Assembly (NCBI RefSeq): GCF_030028105.1
Contig: NC_092374.1
Coordinates: 90,238,491 to 90,302,490, forward strand
Source: Mobula birostris
Taxonomy: Eukaryota
Length of the DNA stretch: 64,000 nt
Direction of reading: 5' to 3'
Position 1 is the first letter of the stretch. Every line of letters begins with the position of its first letter. Both the position numbers and the translations under genes were made by a program. Below the pieces are notes generated by a model. It made no database searches. It was given only the letters and a program-made list of their open reading frames with translations, and had not been told where the DNA came from. Shown piece after piece: positions 49,078 to 62,170 of this stretch.

Positions 49078-52000
49078 AGGGGGGGGGGGACTGACCCCAG
49101 TGAGAGTCAGTGTGTGTAGGTGGGACTGTCCCCCAGTGAGGGTCAATGTATGTGTGGGACTGTCCCCCAGTAAGTGTCAGTGTGTGTGGGACCAGTCTCT
49201 TCATGAGGGTCAGTGTGTGTAGGTGGGACTGTCCCCTGGTAAGGGTCAGTGTGTGTAGGACCAGTCCTCTTGTGAGGGTCACTGTGTGTGGGGGACCANN
49301 NNNNNNNNNNNNNNNNNNNNNNNNNNNNNNNNNNNNNNNNNNNNNNNNNNNNNNNNNNNNNNNNNNNNNNNNNNNNNNNNNNNNNNNNNNNNNNNNNNNN
49401 NNNNNNNNNNNNNNNNNNNNNNNNNNNNNAGGGTCAGTGTGTGTGTGTATGTGTGTGTGTGACCAGTCCCCCAGTGAGAGTGAGTGTGTGTGACCAGTCC
49501 CCCAGTGAGAGTGAGTGTGTGTAGGTGGGACTTTCCCTAGTGGCGGTCAGTGTGTGTGGGACCATCCCCCAGTGAGGGTCAGTGTGTGTGTGTGTATGAC
49601 CCATTCCCCAGTGATCTCCTAGCTCGCTCTCATTCTCCCCTGTGCCCTGCTTGCCCCGTGGCCTGGTGACCTTACCGAGTACTTCCACCCTGGTACCATT
49701 GCCATGGTAGTCGTTCTGCATTGACATCAGCCTGATAACGGTGATGGCACACAGGTATTCTCCACCGTCCCCTCTCCTTGCGCTCACCACCACCAGGTTG
49801 GTTGCCCAGCCCTGTTCCTCTTCCTTGATGTGCATCTCTCTGCTCTGATTTGTGCTGTTTTTCCAGTATTTGATGTTCATCAGGGTCTTTGTGAATTGGA
49901 GCTGGGAATTTCCTACGGTCCATTTGAAGATCACCGTTTCCAGTGGCGTGACCTCTGTCGTATTGAGCTGGCAGCGGAGACGGAATGATTTCCCTTCCAT
50001 CACAGAGAGGGTAGCTGGGGTCTGCTGGACCATGACAATCCCCATTGCACCTGTGTGTTGCAGACAAGAACAACTCAGATGGGATTATTCCGCTTGAAAG
50101 CTGAAACGTTAGCAGAAAGGTCCATGCCCCAAATTGCCGTCATGCAAATCCTTGACAAAACTCGCCAGCGTCTGTTATTTCTTACATGTTTTGTGTTTCT
50201 TACTTTTAATACATGTACTCATTTATAGGACCGTGTTCTATCATCAGTCGTAGGTCGCACAACACCAGGATCAGGAACCGTTACTACTCTACAACCATCC
50301 GGCTCCTGAACCAGACTGGATAACTTCATTCACCTTAACTCCGAACTGATTCCACAACCTGTGCACTCACTTTCAATGACTCGACATCTCATGTATTCAA
50401 TGTTATTCATTTATTTACCTACCTATCTATTTATTATTACTGCTACTACTTGTATTTACGCAGCTTGTCTCCTTTTCCACGTTAGCTTTCGCCAGTCTTT
50501 GTTTTGTGTGCAGTTTTTCATTGAATCTATTGAATTTCTTTGTTGTATGGTGAATGCCTGCAAGAAAATGAATCACAGGGTAGTATATGGTGACACGTGC
50601 AGTGCTGTGCAAAGGACTCAGGCACATTTATGTAGCTAGGGTGCCTAAGACTTCCGCACAGTACTGTATTGGTGAATGTGCAGTAGAGAGCCAGTTTGTA
50701 CATCTGGCGGAGGCAAAGGCTGTTGGGAACGGCGAGGATGGAGCGCCACGGGAGGGTTGTGGGACAGGTGGCAGAGAAGGAGTGCCAGGGTGAGGGGGTG
50801 TCACAGGTGCAGACACACCCAGCCCTGAGACACCAGGCAAGGTCATTCGATCCCAAACAATTGGTTTATTGATCATTACAGAATGTCTCTAGTGCTTCCT
50901 GCTCCCTCCCCTCTCGCTTCCCCTTTTCCCAACCATGATTCCACTCTCCCTGCCCCCTTTCCACTGTCAGTCCACAATAGAGACCCAGATCAGAATTAAG
51001 TTTATCACTCACATATATCACAGAATTTCGGAGCTTTTTTCAGCAGCGGTACAGTGTAATACATAAAATTACCACAGTACTCTTCAACAGTCTTAGGCAC
51101 CCTAGATATATATACAGTAACAAGCAAGAGAAAATCTGCAGATGCTGTATGCAGTAATCCAGGTACTCGCGTTCAATTGACTACCTCTCCCGCTTCTTCT
51201 CCCACCGCGTTCTCCGCGCCACGCTTTCCGCCATGAGAAGGTACCCTGGGGTTCCTATACCTGTTACTTCCACAACTCTGGGATTCCCCATCCGCCGCCA
51301 ACGGTAGACCCCTCTCTCCGCCGCCAACAGTGGACCCGTCTCTCCGCCGCCAACAGTGGACCCGTCTCTCCGCCGCCAACGGTGGACCCGTCTCTCCGCC
51401 ACCTCCAGTGCTACTTTATGCTCCGCCAGATCCACGCTTTCAATCACAGCTTCTTTGACTTTCTCATGTCGCGCCATGATTGGAAGATCATCCACCTACA
51501 GACTACAGAACCTGCCATCTCCAATGCCGGAAGGCAGGGAAGTCTCCAGACCGTGGTCCCTGTTGCATACCTCAACGATCCTGAGCAGATTCAAAACCCG
51601 GGCTCCACCACCATCAATGCGACTTCCAACAACCCCGGACACCTTCGAAGTGCTGATTACGTAACCTCCAACTCCGACTTCAGCCATGACCAACAGCACC
51701 TCCACGTCAGGACTTTACACGCTGCCACTGGAACCTCGGTCTCCCCTTCCCCTACCACCACTCCGCAATCCCATCTTCCTCTATCCCACACTCCCTGAAC
51801 AGCCCAACCCTGCCCTCTCCTTTGACACTACCAATTCTCTTCCCCTTCTGTCCCCAGCTCTCATCTGTGCCAGGCCTCATCTTTGTCCCCCTGCGCCCAC
51901 ACCTCATTGAGTTCCACACCCGCCATGGCACTGAGCTCCTGTTCTGCCGCCTTCGTCTCCGTGCCAATTTCTTTGACAAGGACTCTTCATTCACACCGAT

Positions 52001-55000
52001 GACCGCTTCTCCGTCTTTAACCCTCCTCCGCTTCCTGGACACCCCACTCTGGTCATCTGCCTGCTCTGGACCTTTTCATTGCCGTTTCTACTTCACCACT
52101 CCTCTCTCCAATTACAACCTCGCTCCTTCCAGACGAACTGCTCTCCACTCTCTGCGCATTAACCCCTAACCTCGCCTCACTGCATATAAGGGAGGTGGGG
52201 GTACCTTGCTAAGGCCCGGCGACAATTGTCAGACACCTCCTCCTACTTACTATTGGAACAGGAGCTCACTAAGGAGCACCAGGCCATTGCCTCCCACACC
52301 ATCACCAACCTTATTAGCTCTGAGGATCTCCCATCCACTGCCATCTACTTCCTACCCAAGATCCATAAGCCCGTCTGTTCAGGTAGACCCATTGTTTCTG
52401 CTTGTTCCTGCCCCTCTGAACTTACATCTGCATATCTGGACTCAGTTTTATCCCTCCTGCTTCAGACCCTTCCCACCTACATCCGTGACACTTCACATGT
52501 TCTTGATCTTTTCAAGGATTGCAAGTTCCGGGGCCCTGATCATCTTATTTTTCACTATGGATATCCAGTCCCTATACGCCTCCATCCCCCAGCAGGAAGG
52601 CCTCAAAGCTCTCTGTTTCTTTCTGCACACTAGACCCAACAACTCCCTCTCCACCACCACTCTTCTCCATCTCACAGAACTTTCCTCACTCCTAATCATT
52701 TCTCCTTCAGCCACACCCCACCCCCCCCCCCCACCACTGCCTTCAAAGATGTAGCCATGGGCACTCGCATGGGTCCCAGCTGTGCCTGCCTGTTCATTGG
52801 CCATGTGGGCCAGTTCATATTCCAAGCTTACACTGGTATCACTCCCCGACATTTCCTATGCAACATCGACGACTGCATTACTGCTGCTTCCTGCACTCGT
52901 GTGGAGCTCATCGACTTCATCCACTTTGCCTCCAGTTTCCCCCTGCCTTCTAATTTACCTGGTCCATTTCTGACACCTCTCTCTCCTTTCTTGATCTCAC
53001 GGTCTCTATCTCCGGAGACAGCTTATCCACCAATGTCTACAATAAACCCATGGATTCTTACTCAGCACTATACCTCTTCTCACCCTGTTATTTGTAAAAA
53101 TGCCACCCCCTTCTCTCAATTTCTCCATCTCTGCTGCATCTGGGGTCAGGATGAGGCTTTTCATTCAAGGGTGAAGGAGATGTCTTCTTTCAAAGAAAGG
53201 GACTTCTCTTCCTCCACCATCAATGCTGCCCTCAACTGCTTCTCTTCCATTTCACACACATCTGCTCTTAACCTATCCTGTCACCACTCCAGCAGGGATA
53301 GGATTCCTCAACCTCACCCACCACCCCACCAGCCTCCGCGTCCAGCACAGAATTCTCTATAACTTCTGGCATCTGCAGTGGGATCCCACCACCAAGTACA
53401 TCTGTCCCTTCCCCTCCCCTTCACTTCCCAACTTGCTTGTCCATTCGTCCCTCCCCACTGATCTCCCTCCTGGCACTTATCCTTGCCAGCAGAACAAGTG
53501 CTACACCTGCCCCTGCACCTCCTCCCTCACAACCATTCAGGGCCCCAAACTCTCCTTCCAGGTGAGGTGACACTTCACCTGTGAGTCTGTTGGGAGTCAC
53601 CTACTGTATCTGGTGCTCCCGATGTGGCCTCCTGTATATCAGGAGACCTGATGCAGTATTGAAGACTGCTTCGCCGTGTACCTATGCTCCGCCCGCCAGG
53701 AAAACCAGGATCTCCCAGTGGTCACTCATTTTAATTCCCATTCCACGATGAGGCCACACTCAGGTTGGAGGAGCAACAGCTTATATTATGTCTGGGGAGC
53801 CTCCAACCTGATGGCATGAACATCAATTGGGAATGTAAGATGGAGACTGAATTGAGATTGTGCATCATTCATTATACAAGCACCTTTGCTCTGTCTGCAG
53901 CAAAGTTCTAAGTTCAAAGTACACTTATTATCTATGTATAGATTATACAATCCTTCAGATTCGTCTCCTTACAGGCAGCCACCAAACAAAGAAACCCAGA
54001 AGAACCCATTAAAGAAAAAGAAGGCTGTCAAACACCCAACGTGCAAAGCAAAACAAAACCTAGTATTTCTCAGAAGCCAACCATTTAAATCCCAACCTCC
54101 ATTCTCATTCCGGCATGTCAGACCACGGTCTCCTCTACTGCTATGATGAGGCCACTCTCAAATGGAGGAGCAACACCTGATATCCTGTCTGGATAGCCTC
54201 CAACTTAATGGCAGGAAAATCAACTTCTCTGACTTCTGGTTATTTCTTCCCACCCCCCGCTTCTCTCTTTTCCCATTCCCCATTCTGACTCCCCTCTTAC
54301 CCCTTCCCTTCTCCTCACCTGCCCATCACCTCCCTCTAGTTCCCCTCCTCCTTTCCTGTCTCCCATTGTCCACAATTCTCTCCTATCAGATTCCTCCTTG
54401 GTCAGCACTTTATCTTTTCCACCGATCACCTCGAGCTTCTCACTTCATCCCCATACCCTGCCCACCTACCTTTCCCCTCATGTGATCTCACCCATCACCT
54501 GCCAGCTTGTACAGCTTCCCCTTCTCCCCACCTCCTTACTCTGCCTCCTTCCCTTCCTGTCCTGACGAAGGGTCTCGGCCCAAAGTGTTGATTCCTTATT
54601 CCCCTCTATAGATGCTGCCTGGCCTGCTGATTTCTTCCAGTATACTGTGTGCATTACCCTTCCTTCTGGGAGTTTGGGTTCTTACATATGACTAACTCTC
54701 AACCTCTCAGTCTAAGTCATTGGTGCTGGCTATCTACTCCACCTGTGCCTCGTATACTGTACACCCCTACAGTGTTGGTTGGAGTGGGGACTAGGCCTCA
54801 AGCCGCAGGCTCGCCTGCTGCTGCAATCCAGGTGAGAAGATGCTGGAGGCGGTGTAGCATGGTGTCCGTGCTCGGTTGTGGGCAGGAGTCTCCCATCAGT
54901 GCTTTCCTCCACTGTTGGTGCAATATCAGGCTGGATTGCCAGGAACTGTACAATCAAATTGCGGGACATGCCGCTCAGAGTCTTGTACTATATATGTGTT

Positions 55001-56027
55001 TTCTTACATGTCTATGTTTTGTTTTTTTTTAATATGCTGTGTACGTTTTACACCTTGGCTGCAGAAGAATGCTGTCTCATTTAGCTGTATCCACGTATGG
55101 CTCAATGATAGTTAAACCAGATTTGATTTGATTTGATAAAATTCTGGAAGTTTGGTGCTCTTGGGACTATGGTGCCGCAGTTTAGCGGCCCTGCGGTAAT
55201 GTAGCAGGTAGAACAATCATTTTATAGAGCCATCAATTCCCAATTAGGGTTCAAAACTCACTGTTGTCTGTAAGGAGCTAATACCGTCGCCCTGTGACCA
55301 TGTGGGTTTCCTCCGGGTGCTCCAGTTTCCTCCCACATTCCAAAGATGTACGCGTTAGGGTTAGTGAGTAGTGGGCAGGTTATGTTAGTGCCAGATGTGT
55401 GGCAAAACTTGTGGGCTGCCCCAACCACAATCCTCAGACTGGGTTGGTCGTTGACATGAATGACGTATTGCACTCCGCTCCATCTGCCAGAAGTGGGACT
55501 GCTCGGAAGTCAAACATTTTAATTCCCATTCCCATTCCCATTCTCAGGGTGGAAGAGCAGCACCTTAAATTCCATGTGGGTAACCTCACCCTGATGGCAT
55601 GAATATCCATTTCTTCTTCCAGTAAAATAAGTTTTGCCTCCCCCTGCCCTCCTACTGTTCCCCACTCTGACCTTTAACCTCTCTTCATCTGCCTATCACT
55701 TTCTCCTGGGTCCCCTCCTCCTTCCCTTTCTCCTATGGTCCACTCTACCCTCCTGTCAGATTTCTACTACTCCAGCCCTTGAACTTTTCAACCCACCTGG
55801 CTTCACCTATCACCTTCTACTAACCTCCATTCCCTCCCCTCACCTTTTTATCCTGGCGACTTCCCCCTTCCTTTTCAGTCCTGAAGAAGGGTCTTGGCCT
55901 GAAACGCTGACTGTTTATTCATTTCCATAGATGCTGCCTGACCTGAGCTCCCCCAGTATTTTGTGTATTGCTTTATATTGCACTGTTTGTTTCAAAACAT
56001 ACACAGCACATTCAAAATAGAAAGCAA

Positions 56028-56061
<34 letters not shown>

Positions 56062-57327
56062 TGCAAAAAAAACCCACATCTATAGTCCAAGAGCCTGAGT
56101 GACATGTCTTGCAAATTGATGGCACATTTCCTGGCCATCCAGCCTGTCGTTCCACCAATTGAGCACTGGAGGGCAGTACCTATAGGAGAGGCCAGCCCCC
56201 AACTGAGCACGGACACCACGCTACACCGCCTCCTGCGTGTCCACTCCTGGACTGCAGCAACAGGCAAGCCTGCAGCTTGAGGCCTAGTCCACGCTACAAC
56301 TGAGGCCAATTTGAGAAAGGATTTTCAGGTTAGCCTAGAACAGATTCCTAGCATGAGATATTGTCCCATCCCAAACAGCTACAAAAGTCAGCTTGATATT
56401 CTTTGGAATTTTGCAAAATGAGGGGTGACTTTATCGAGACATTGTGAGGGGTAGAGATATTTCCACCAGTGGGAGAGACCTGAATGAGGGAACAGAGTTA
56501 CTTTCAATAAGACTATTGAAAAGTCCCCTTGAATGATAAGACAGGTTCTTGTCCTCGTAACCTACCTCACTGCGGTCTTGTACTTTTTTTTGTCTGCCTC
56601 TACTGCAATTTCTCTATAGCTGTTATACTTCGTTCAATGGTTCAGTTGTTCCATTTAGTATCAAGAAATGTATACAATATCCAATGTGAAAATCTTACTC
56701 TTCACAGGCATCCACAAAACAGAAGAAATATCCCAAAGAATGGATGACAGAAAAACGTTAGAACCCCAAAGCCCCATTTCCCCCACCACCCCCCTCCCAC
56801 CCATGCCTCCTTTATCACTGCATCGATATGTTAGGACCAGGTAAGGTCCTCAGAGACAGCAACACCGAGGAACTAGAAATTGCTCACTCTCTCCACTTCT
56901 GATCCCTCTATGAGGACTGGTGTGTATATCCAAACTTCTCCGGTTGTTCAAATTGGTTTGTTATTGTCACATGTATAGTGAAAAGCTTGTCTTCCATACT
57001 GAAATTGGAGTTGAACTTGGTTTCTTGTTGTCACAGTTCAACACACCACAGAAACCAGCCTTCCCTCTCTAGACTCTGGCTACACTTCTCACTTCCTCGG
57101 TAAAGCAGCCAGCACCTCTTGTGAAATCTAGTGCCTCTGACGGTTCTCTGTTCCCTCAGTACCACCAGCCTAGATCAAATCTCTTCTCGAACTGAAGACT
57201 GCGACTCACTGAGCAGTGAAGGAAGCAGGGAGAGACAATGAAGGTCAGTCTGCTTACCTCTGATTTGCATAAGATGTAACCAGAGAATGGATCCCAGCAC
57301 CGCCTGTGACCTTCCAAGGCAGCCCAT
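48611..57327 (-). CDS. Gene D: single VJ-type Ig-domain receptor (NKp30/TMIGD2/CD28-like), join(57327-57258, 50050-49676, 48884-48783, 48711-48611), about 215 aa; alternative ending at 42206-42154
   Basis: Leader, V and TM exons have GT/AG ends, are all phase 1 and join in frame. The cytoplasmic exon is less certain. Confidence 0.75.
48783..48884 (-). CDS. Gene D transmembrane exon (AAGALPSSSWYLFLIGLVPLLLFATWMLVRKDCQ)
   Basis: 102 nt, acceptor ttttggttcgtttcag and donor CAAG|GTGAG; uncharged hydrophobic stretch followed by an RK stop-transfer. Confidence 0.85.
49017..49615. repeat. (GT)n microsatellite plus ~32-36 bp GT-rich minisatellite spanning a 131-N assembly gap (49299-49429)
   Basis: Repeated gtgagggtcagtgtgtgtaggtgggactgtccccca-like units on both sides of the gap. 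Confidence 0.9.
49676..50050 (-). CDS. Gene D Ig V-set (VJ-type) exon
   Basis: 375 nt, acceptor cacacag|GT and donor CTCG|GTAAG. Motifs VQQTP, FRLRC, FKW, DGGEYLC and HGNGTRVEV; four N-glycosylation sequons (NTT, NST, NQS, NGT). Confidence 0.9.
50600..51110. mobile_element. Tc1-like MITE family (TIR cagtactgtgcaaaagtcttaggcac); related copies at about 10700, 21745-22150, 42310-42810 and 58935-59665
   Basis: Recurrent inverted pairs cagtactgtgcaaaagtcttaggcac / gtgcctaagacttttgcacagtactg with a shared internal sequence. Confidence 0.65.
51120..54650 (+). mobile_element. Long degenerate Penelope-like element with a 26-bp tandem repeat (about 51293-51405)
   Basis: YFLPKIHKP..GRPIVSAC, MGTRMGPS, NIDD and GIY-YIG remnants, broken by frameshifts; PLE-type terminal repeats at 53730-53830 and 54100-54650. 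Confidence 0.82.
55175..55465 (+). mobile_element. V-SINE/HE1-like SINE
   Basis: gtgggtttcctccgggtgctccagtttcctcccacattccaaagatgtacg central domain. Confidence 0.65.
57258..57327 (-). CDS. Gene D leader exon MGCLGRSQAVLGSILWLHLMQIR
   Basis: gcaATGG with an in-frame TGA upstream, 70 nt, donor AGAG|GTAAGC; joins to GAMG-IVMVQQTP. Confidence 0.75.
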
Positions 57328-57559
57328 TGCCCAGTGCAGTGACGATCAGAGAGGGCACAGGTACCCTGAGGCGCTTAGTAGCATCAGGTCTTTACCATAT
57401 GAGTAAAACAATCTCTACCATGGTTTCTGAAGGTCTGCAGCCTCCCACAAAGTATGATGAAAGGTTTTGCCTGTAAGCTTTTGCCTTTCATTGGCTGTGA
57501 CTCATCAAAAGCCACAGAGGTCTGATCTTATCATTAGTTTAGGATTGCTTTCTGAAACA

Positions 57560-58230
57560 GTTCATCACTTACTGCCCATTACAACGCTGCTGTTTGGGGC
57601 GGCTATGAAGGTGTTCGATTGTGGTGTTCAGTGCTGCCTTCATTGTGCCAGTGGCTTCCACTCGATCTCCACCCTTGTCAGTCATGCAACTCCCAGGGGA
57701 TGGGGGCAGTGGTGAGGGTAGACCCAGGAATACTATCGCACTCAGATGTGGCCAGCCAGTGATGTCGTGGCATCTGCACCAGACTTTGAGGTGGATGGCA
57801 CCGGGTTTGAATCCAGCCAACTCCTTGCAAACTTTCCATCCATGCTGGGTTGAGTGCTGAGCTAGCAGCTCAGCCTTGTGAAAAAACAGACAAGATGATA
57901 AGGAAATGGCAAAAAATGCTGACCGATGTGCCACAAGGTGTGAAAAGGGACAATAACAGATGTAGAAGGATTCTTCATAGCTGTGTCCGTAAAAAAATTT
58001 GTTTTACCAGTCACGGTTGTTCGCCCTGAGCTGAAACCCCGAACCTGGAGGAACAATGGACCAGCCTTAGTCTGGCCTCTACCCTCTGACTTGTTTGGAA
58101 TGGGTGACCCTACCGAGAGCCAAACCATAAAGCTCTACCTCCAGCCAACGTAGCTCTCCAGGTCATTAAGGCATGCAAGCCTCCAAACCCTACGAAGAGG
58201 TTGTGGTTCTCTTGGAGGAAGCACTTCATC
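57560..58230 (-). mobile_element. RTE-like interspersed repeat; inverted copy at about 62860-63370
   Basis: Shared ggctcttggtagggtca..ccaaacaggtcaaagggtagaggccagact segment in opposite orientations. Confidence 0.5.
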
Positions 58231-60299
58231 AGGGGGCAAATTATTGCAGATGCCGGAAATCCAAAGTAAAAACATGAAGTAACTAAATCTCTTATGCTGC
58301 AGTTGTGTAAGTCATCAGTGAGCGAAGAGGTGCCAGAAACTGAGGTTGCGGCGGCATATTAGCAACACTTAAAACCCGTCTAGTGGCCACTTTATTAGAT
58401 CCCTCCAGGCCACTGAGAGTATGTTTGTGGTCTTCTGCTGCTGTAGCCCATCCACTTCAATGTTCAGCATGTTGTGCATTCGGAGATGCTCTTCTGCCTA
58501 CCTCTGCTGTAACACATGGTATTTTAACATGTTGTCAACTGGAACCAGTTTGCCATTCTGCTCTGACCTCTCTCATTAACAAGGCATTTTTGCCTACAGA
58601 ACTGTTGCTCACTGGATCTTTTTGTTTGTTTTCATCACCATTCTCCATAAACTTAATAAAATGCCGTCTATGCAGATCTCAGGGGATCAGCAGTTTCCGA
58701 GATACTCAAACCACCCCGTCTGGCACCAACAATCATTCCAGGGTCAAAGTCACTTAGATCACATTTCTCCCCCATTCTGATGCTTCGCCAGAACCTCTTG
58801 ACCATGTCTGCATGCTTTTATGCATTGAGTTGCAGCCATGTGATTGGCTGATCAGATATTTGCATTAACAAGCAGGTACCTAATAAAGTGGACATATCAG
58901 TATATGGATAGAAGAGGAGGATGACAGACAGCCCACAGTACTGTGCAAAAGTCTTAGGCACACATATATAGAGCTATGGTGCCTAAGACAATTCGACAGT
59001 ACTGTAGTAATTTTATGTATTACACTGTACTGCTGCCACAGGAACAAACAAAAATTCATGACAGATGTGAGTGATGATAAACCTGATTCTGATATGGGTC
59101 TCTATTATGGACTGACAGTGGGAAGGGGGCAGGGAGAGGGGAATCATGTTTGGGAAAAGGGGAAGGGAGAGGGGAGGGAGCGGGAAGTAGCAGAGAGACA
59201 TTCTGTAACGATCAATAAACCAGTTGCTTAAATTCAAATGCCTGGTGTCTCAGAGCTGTGTGTGTCTGCACCCACACCACCACCCCCTCCCCAGCCCTGG
59301 CACTCCTCCTCTGCCAGCTGCCTCACAGCCCCTCCAGTGGCACTCCACCATCACCATTCTGCAATGAGGGGACGAGGTAATTTTATCCCAAACAACTGGT
59401 TTATTGATATTACAGAATGTCTCTTTGGTGCTTCCCTCTCCCTTCCCCTTTTCCCAACCATGATTCCCCTCTCCCTGCCCCCTTCCCACTCTCAGACCAC
59501 AATGGAGACCCGTACCAGAATCAGGTTTATCATCACTCACGTATGTTGGGAAATACCTTACTCTGCAGCAGCAGCAGTGCTGTTCCGTACACAAAATTAC
59601 TACAGTTCTGTGTAAGAGTCAGGCAACTTATGATCTGTGTCTAAGACTTTTGCGCAGTACTGTACCTGACTCTATGCATCTTTATAAAGCCACTCCTCAG
59701 TCTCTACACTCCAAGGAATAAAGTCTTATTTTTCCTACCTTGCATATAAATCCAGGACTTTAGCTACTCAATATCAACCAGACTTAGCACTGTGGCCTTA
59801 TCTAGGAAATAACGCAAAGTCTCTTTGTACCTCGACAACTCTGAGAAGTTCCGAAGCTATAATGAACATTTCAGCTGTGGAAGAAATGTTGCCATCTGAA
59901 GGGTTAAGTTGGATATGTTTTGATCTGATGTCCCCATTTCCCACAGGTTTGAAACTGAAAGATGATAGGCGTGAAGCACTGTCTCTCCGAGGCTTTGAGT
60001 GGACGCTGAGCAGTCAGTCCTCCTGGACAGATGAAAATGGGAAAATTAGTTCATTATCGCAACGTACGAATGTACAGCAAAATCACTGCCCACATAGAAC
60101 CTTCATTACAACAGTGCATCGAGGTATTACAAGGGTAAACAATAACATCATCATGTTATATGACATGGGCAATCGTGGTCTTTGACCATGGTTGCTCTTG
60201 GCAAATTTTTCTACCAAAGTGGTTTGCCATTGTCTTCTTCTGGGCAGTGTCCTTGCAAGACAGGTGACCCCTGCCATTATGATAAAGTAGGCCATGTCA

Positions 60300-62170
60300 G
60301 CGTGGTTTTCTCAAGGGGAAATTTTGCCGAAGAAATCTGTTGGAATTCTTTGAAGAAATAACAAGCAGGATAGACAAAGGAGAATCGGTTGTTGTTGTGT
60401 ACCTGGACTTTCAGAAGGCCTTTGACAAGGTGCCACACATGAGGCTGCTTAACAAGCTACAAGCCCATGATATTATAGGAAAGATTCTAACATGGCTGAT
60501 TGGCAGAAGGCAAAGAATGGGAATAAAGGGAACATTTTTTGCTTGGCTGCCAGTGACTAGTGGTGTTCCACAGGGGTCTGTTTTGCGACAGATTCTTTTT
60601 ATGTTATATGTCAATGATTTGCATGATGGAGTTGATGGCTTTGTTGAAAGGTTTGCAGACAATATGAAGATAGCTGGAGGGGCAGGTAGTTTTGAAGAAG
60701 TGAAGAAGCTACAGAAGGAATTAGACAGGTTAGGAGAATGGGCAAAGATATGGCAGATTAGATTATGAAGACACATAGTCCCCTTTTATTGTCATTTAGT
60801 AATGCACGCATTAAGAAATGATACATTATTTCCTCTGTTGTGATATCACAAAACACAGGACAAACTAAGACTGAAAAAACTGACAAAACCACATAATTAT
60901 ACATATAGTTACAAACAGTGTAACAATACCATAACTTGATGAAGAAAGTCCATGAGCACAGTAAAGTTCAAAGTTTCTCAAATGTCCCACATCTCATGCA
61001 GACAGGAGAAGGAAGAAAAACTCTCCCTGCCATGCCAACCACAATCCGACTCTGAGTCATCCGAAAACTTCAAGCTCTGATCAGCTCTCTGACACCGACT
61101 ACTGAGCGGCATCTCTGTCCGAATGATTCGACCTCCTTCTCGGTCACCAACAGCAGGCAAAGCCGGGGATTTTGAGGCCTACCCTCCAAAAAATTCCCGA
61201 ACACACAGTAACGACAACAGCAGACGGGCATTTCAGATATTTCTCCAGATGTTCCTCTGTGATTTCACGTCCATTCTCCATCAAATCAGAATTGTCCACG
61301 GCCCCTATTTAACAGATACGATATCATTTTTCACCGGAGAGCTGCACACGTGCGGCGCGCTGCCATCTGCTCCTCCCACCAGATGGAATACAGTGTCAGG
61401 AAGTCATGTAGAAGAAATGAAAGGGTTGACTATTTTCTAAATGGAAACAAAATACAAACACTGAGGTGCAAAGTGTCCTTGTGGAGAATTCCCTAAAGGT
61501 TAATTTGCAGGTTGAGTTGCTGGTGAGGAAGACAAATGTGACGTTAGCATTCATTTCAATAGGACAGAATATAAAAGTAAGGATGTAATGTTGAAACTTT
61601 ATAAAGCACTGGTGAGCCCTCACTTGGAGTATTGTGAGCAGGTTTGGGCCCTTTAGCTGGGAAAAGAAGTACTGGCATTGGAGACGATCCAGAGCAGGTT
61701 CACACAAATGATTCTGGCAATGAAAGGGTTAACATGTGAGAAGCAATTGATGGCTTTAGGCCTATAGTCACTGGAATTCAGAAGAATGAGGGGTGACCCC
61801 ATTGAAACCTATCAAATAGTGAAAGCCCTTGGAGAGGATGTTTCCTACGATGGGAGAGTCTAAAACCAGGGGAAGCAGCCTCAGAACAGAGGGGCGTCCT
61901 TTTGGAATGGAGATGAGGAGGAATTTCTTTGGCCAGGGAGTGATGAATCTGTGGAATTCTTTGCCACAGCCAGCTGTGAAGGCCAAGTCTGTAAGTATAT
62001 TTCAGGCAGAGGTTGATAGATTCTTGATTGGTCAGGGCATGAAGGGATACAGGGAGAAGGCAGGAGACTGGGGGACTGAGAGGAAAATTGGATCAGCCAT
62101 GATGAAAGGGCGGAGCAGACCCGATGGGCCAAATGGCCTAATTCTTCTCCTATATCTTCTGGTCTTATTA
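60300..62170 (+). mobile_element. CR1 3' portion, split by the 60770-61390 repeat
   Basis: ORF 60340-60768 ([23 protein letters not shown]) and 61829-62227. Confidence 0.85.

Noticed and set aside
33661-50045. V exons as rearranging Ig or TCR segments
   Set aside because: No heptamer/nonamer recombination signals follow them; each ends in a germline-encoded G strand and a normal splice donor, and no C-domain exons are present.
49085-51405. Regular repeats resembling a CRISPR array (minisatellite and 26-bp repeat)
   Set aside because: Head-to-tail repeats without unique spacers, in eukaryotic DNA, with no cas genes.
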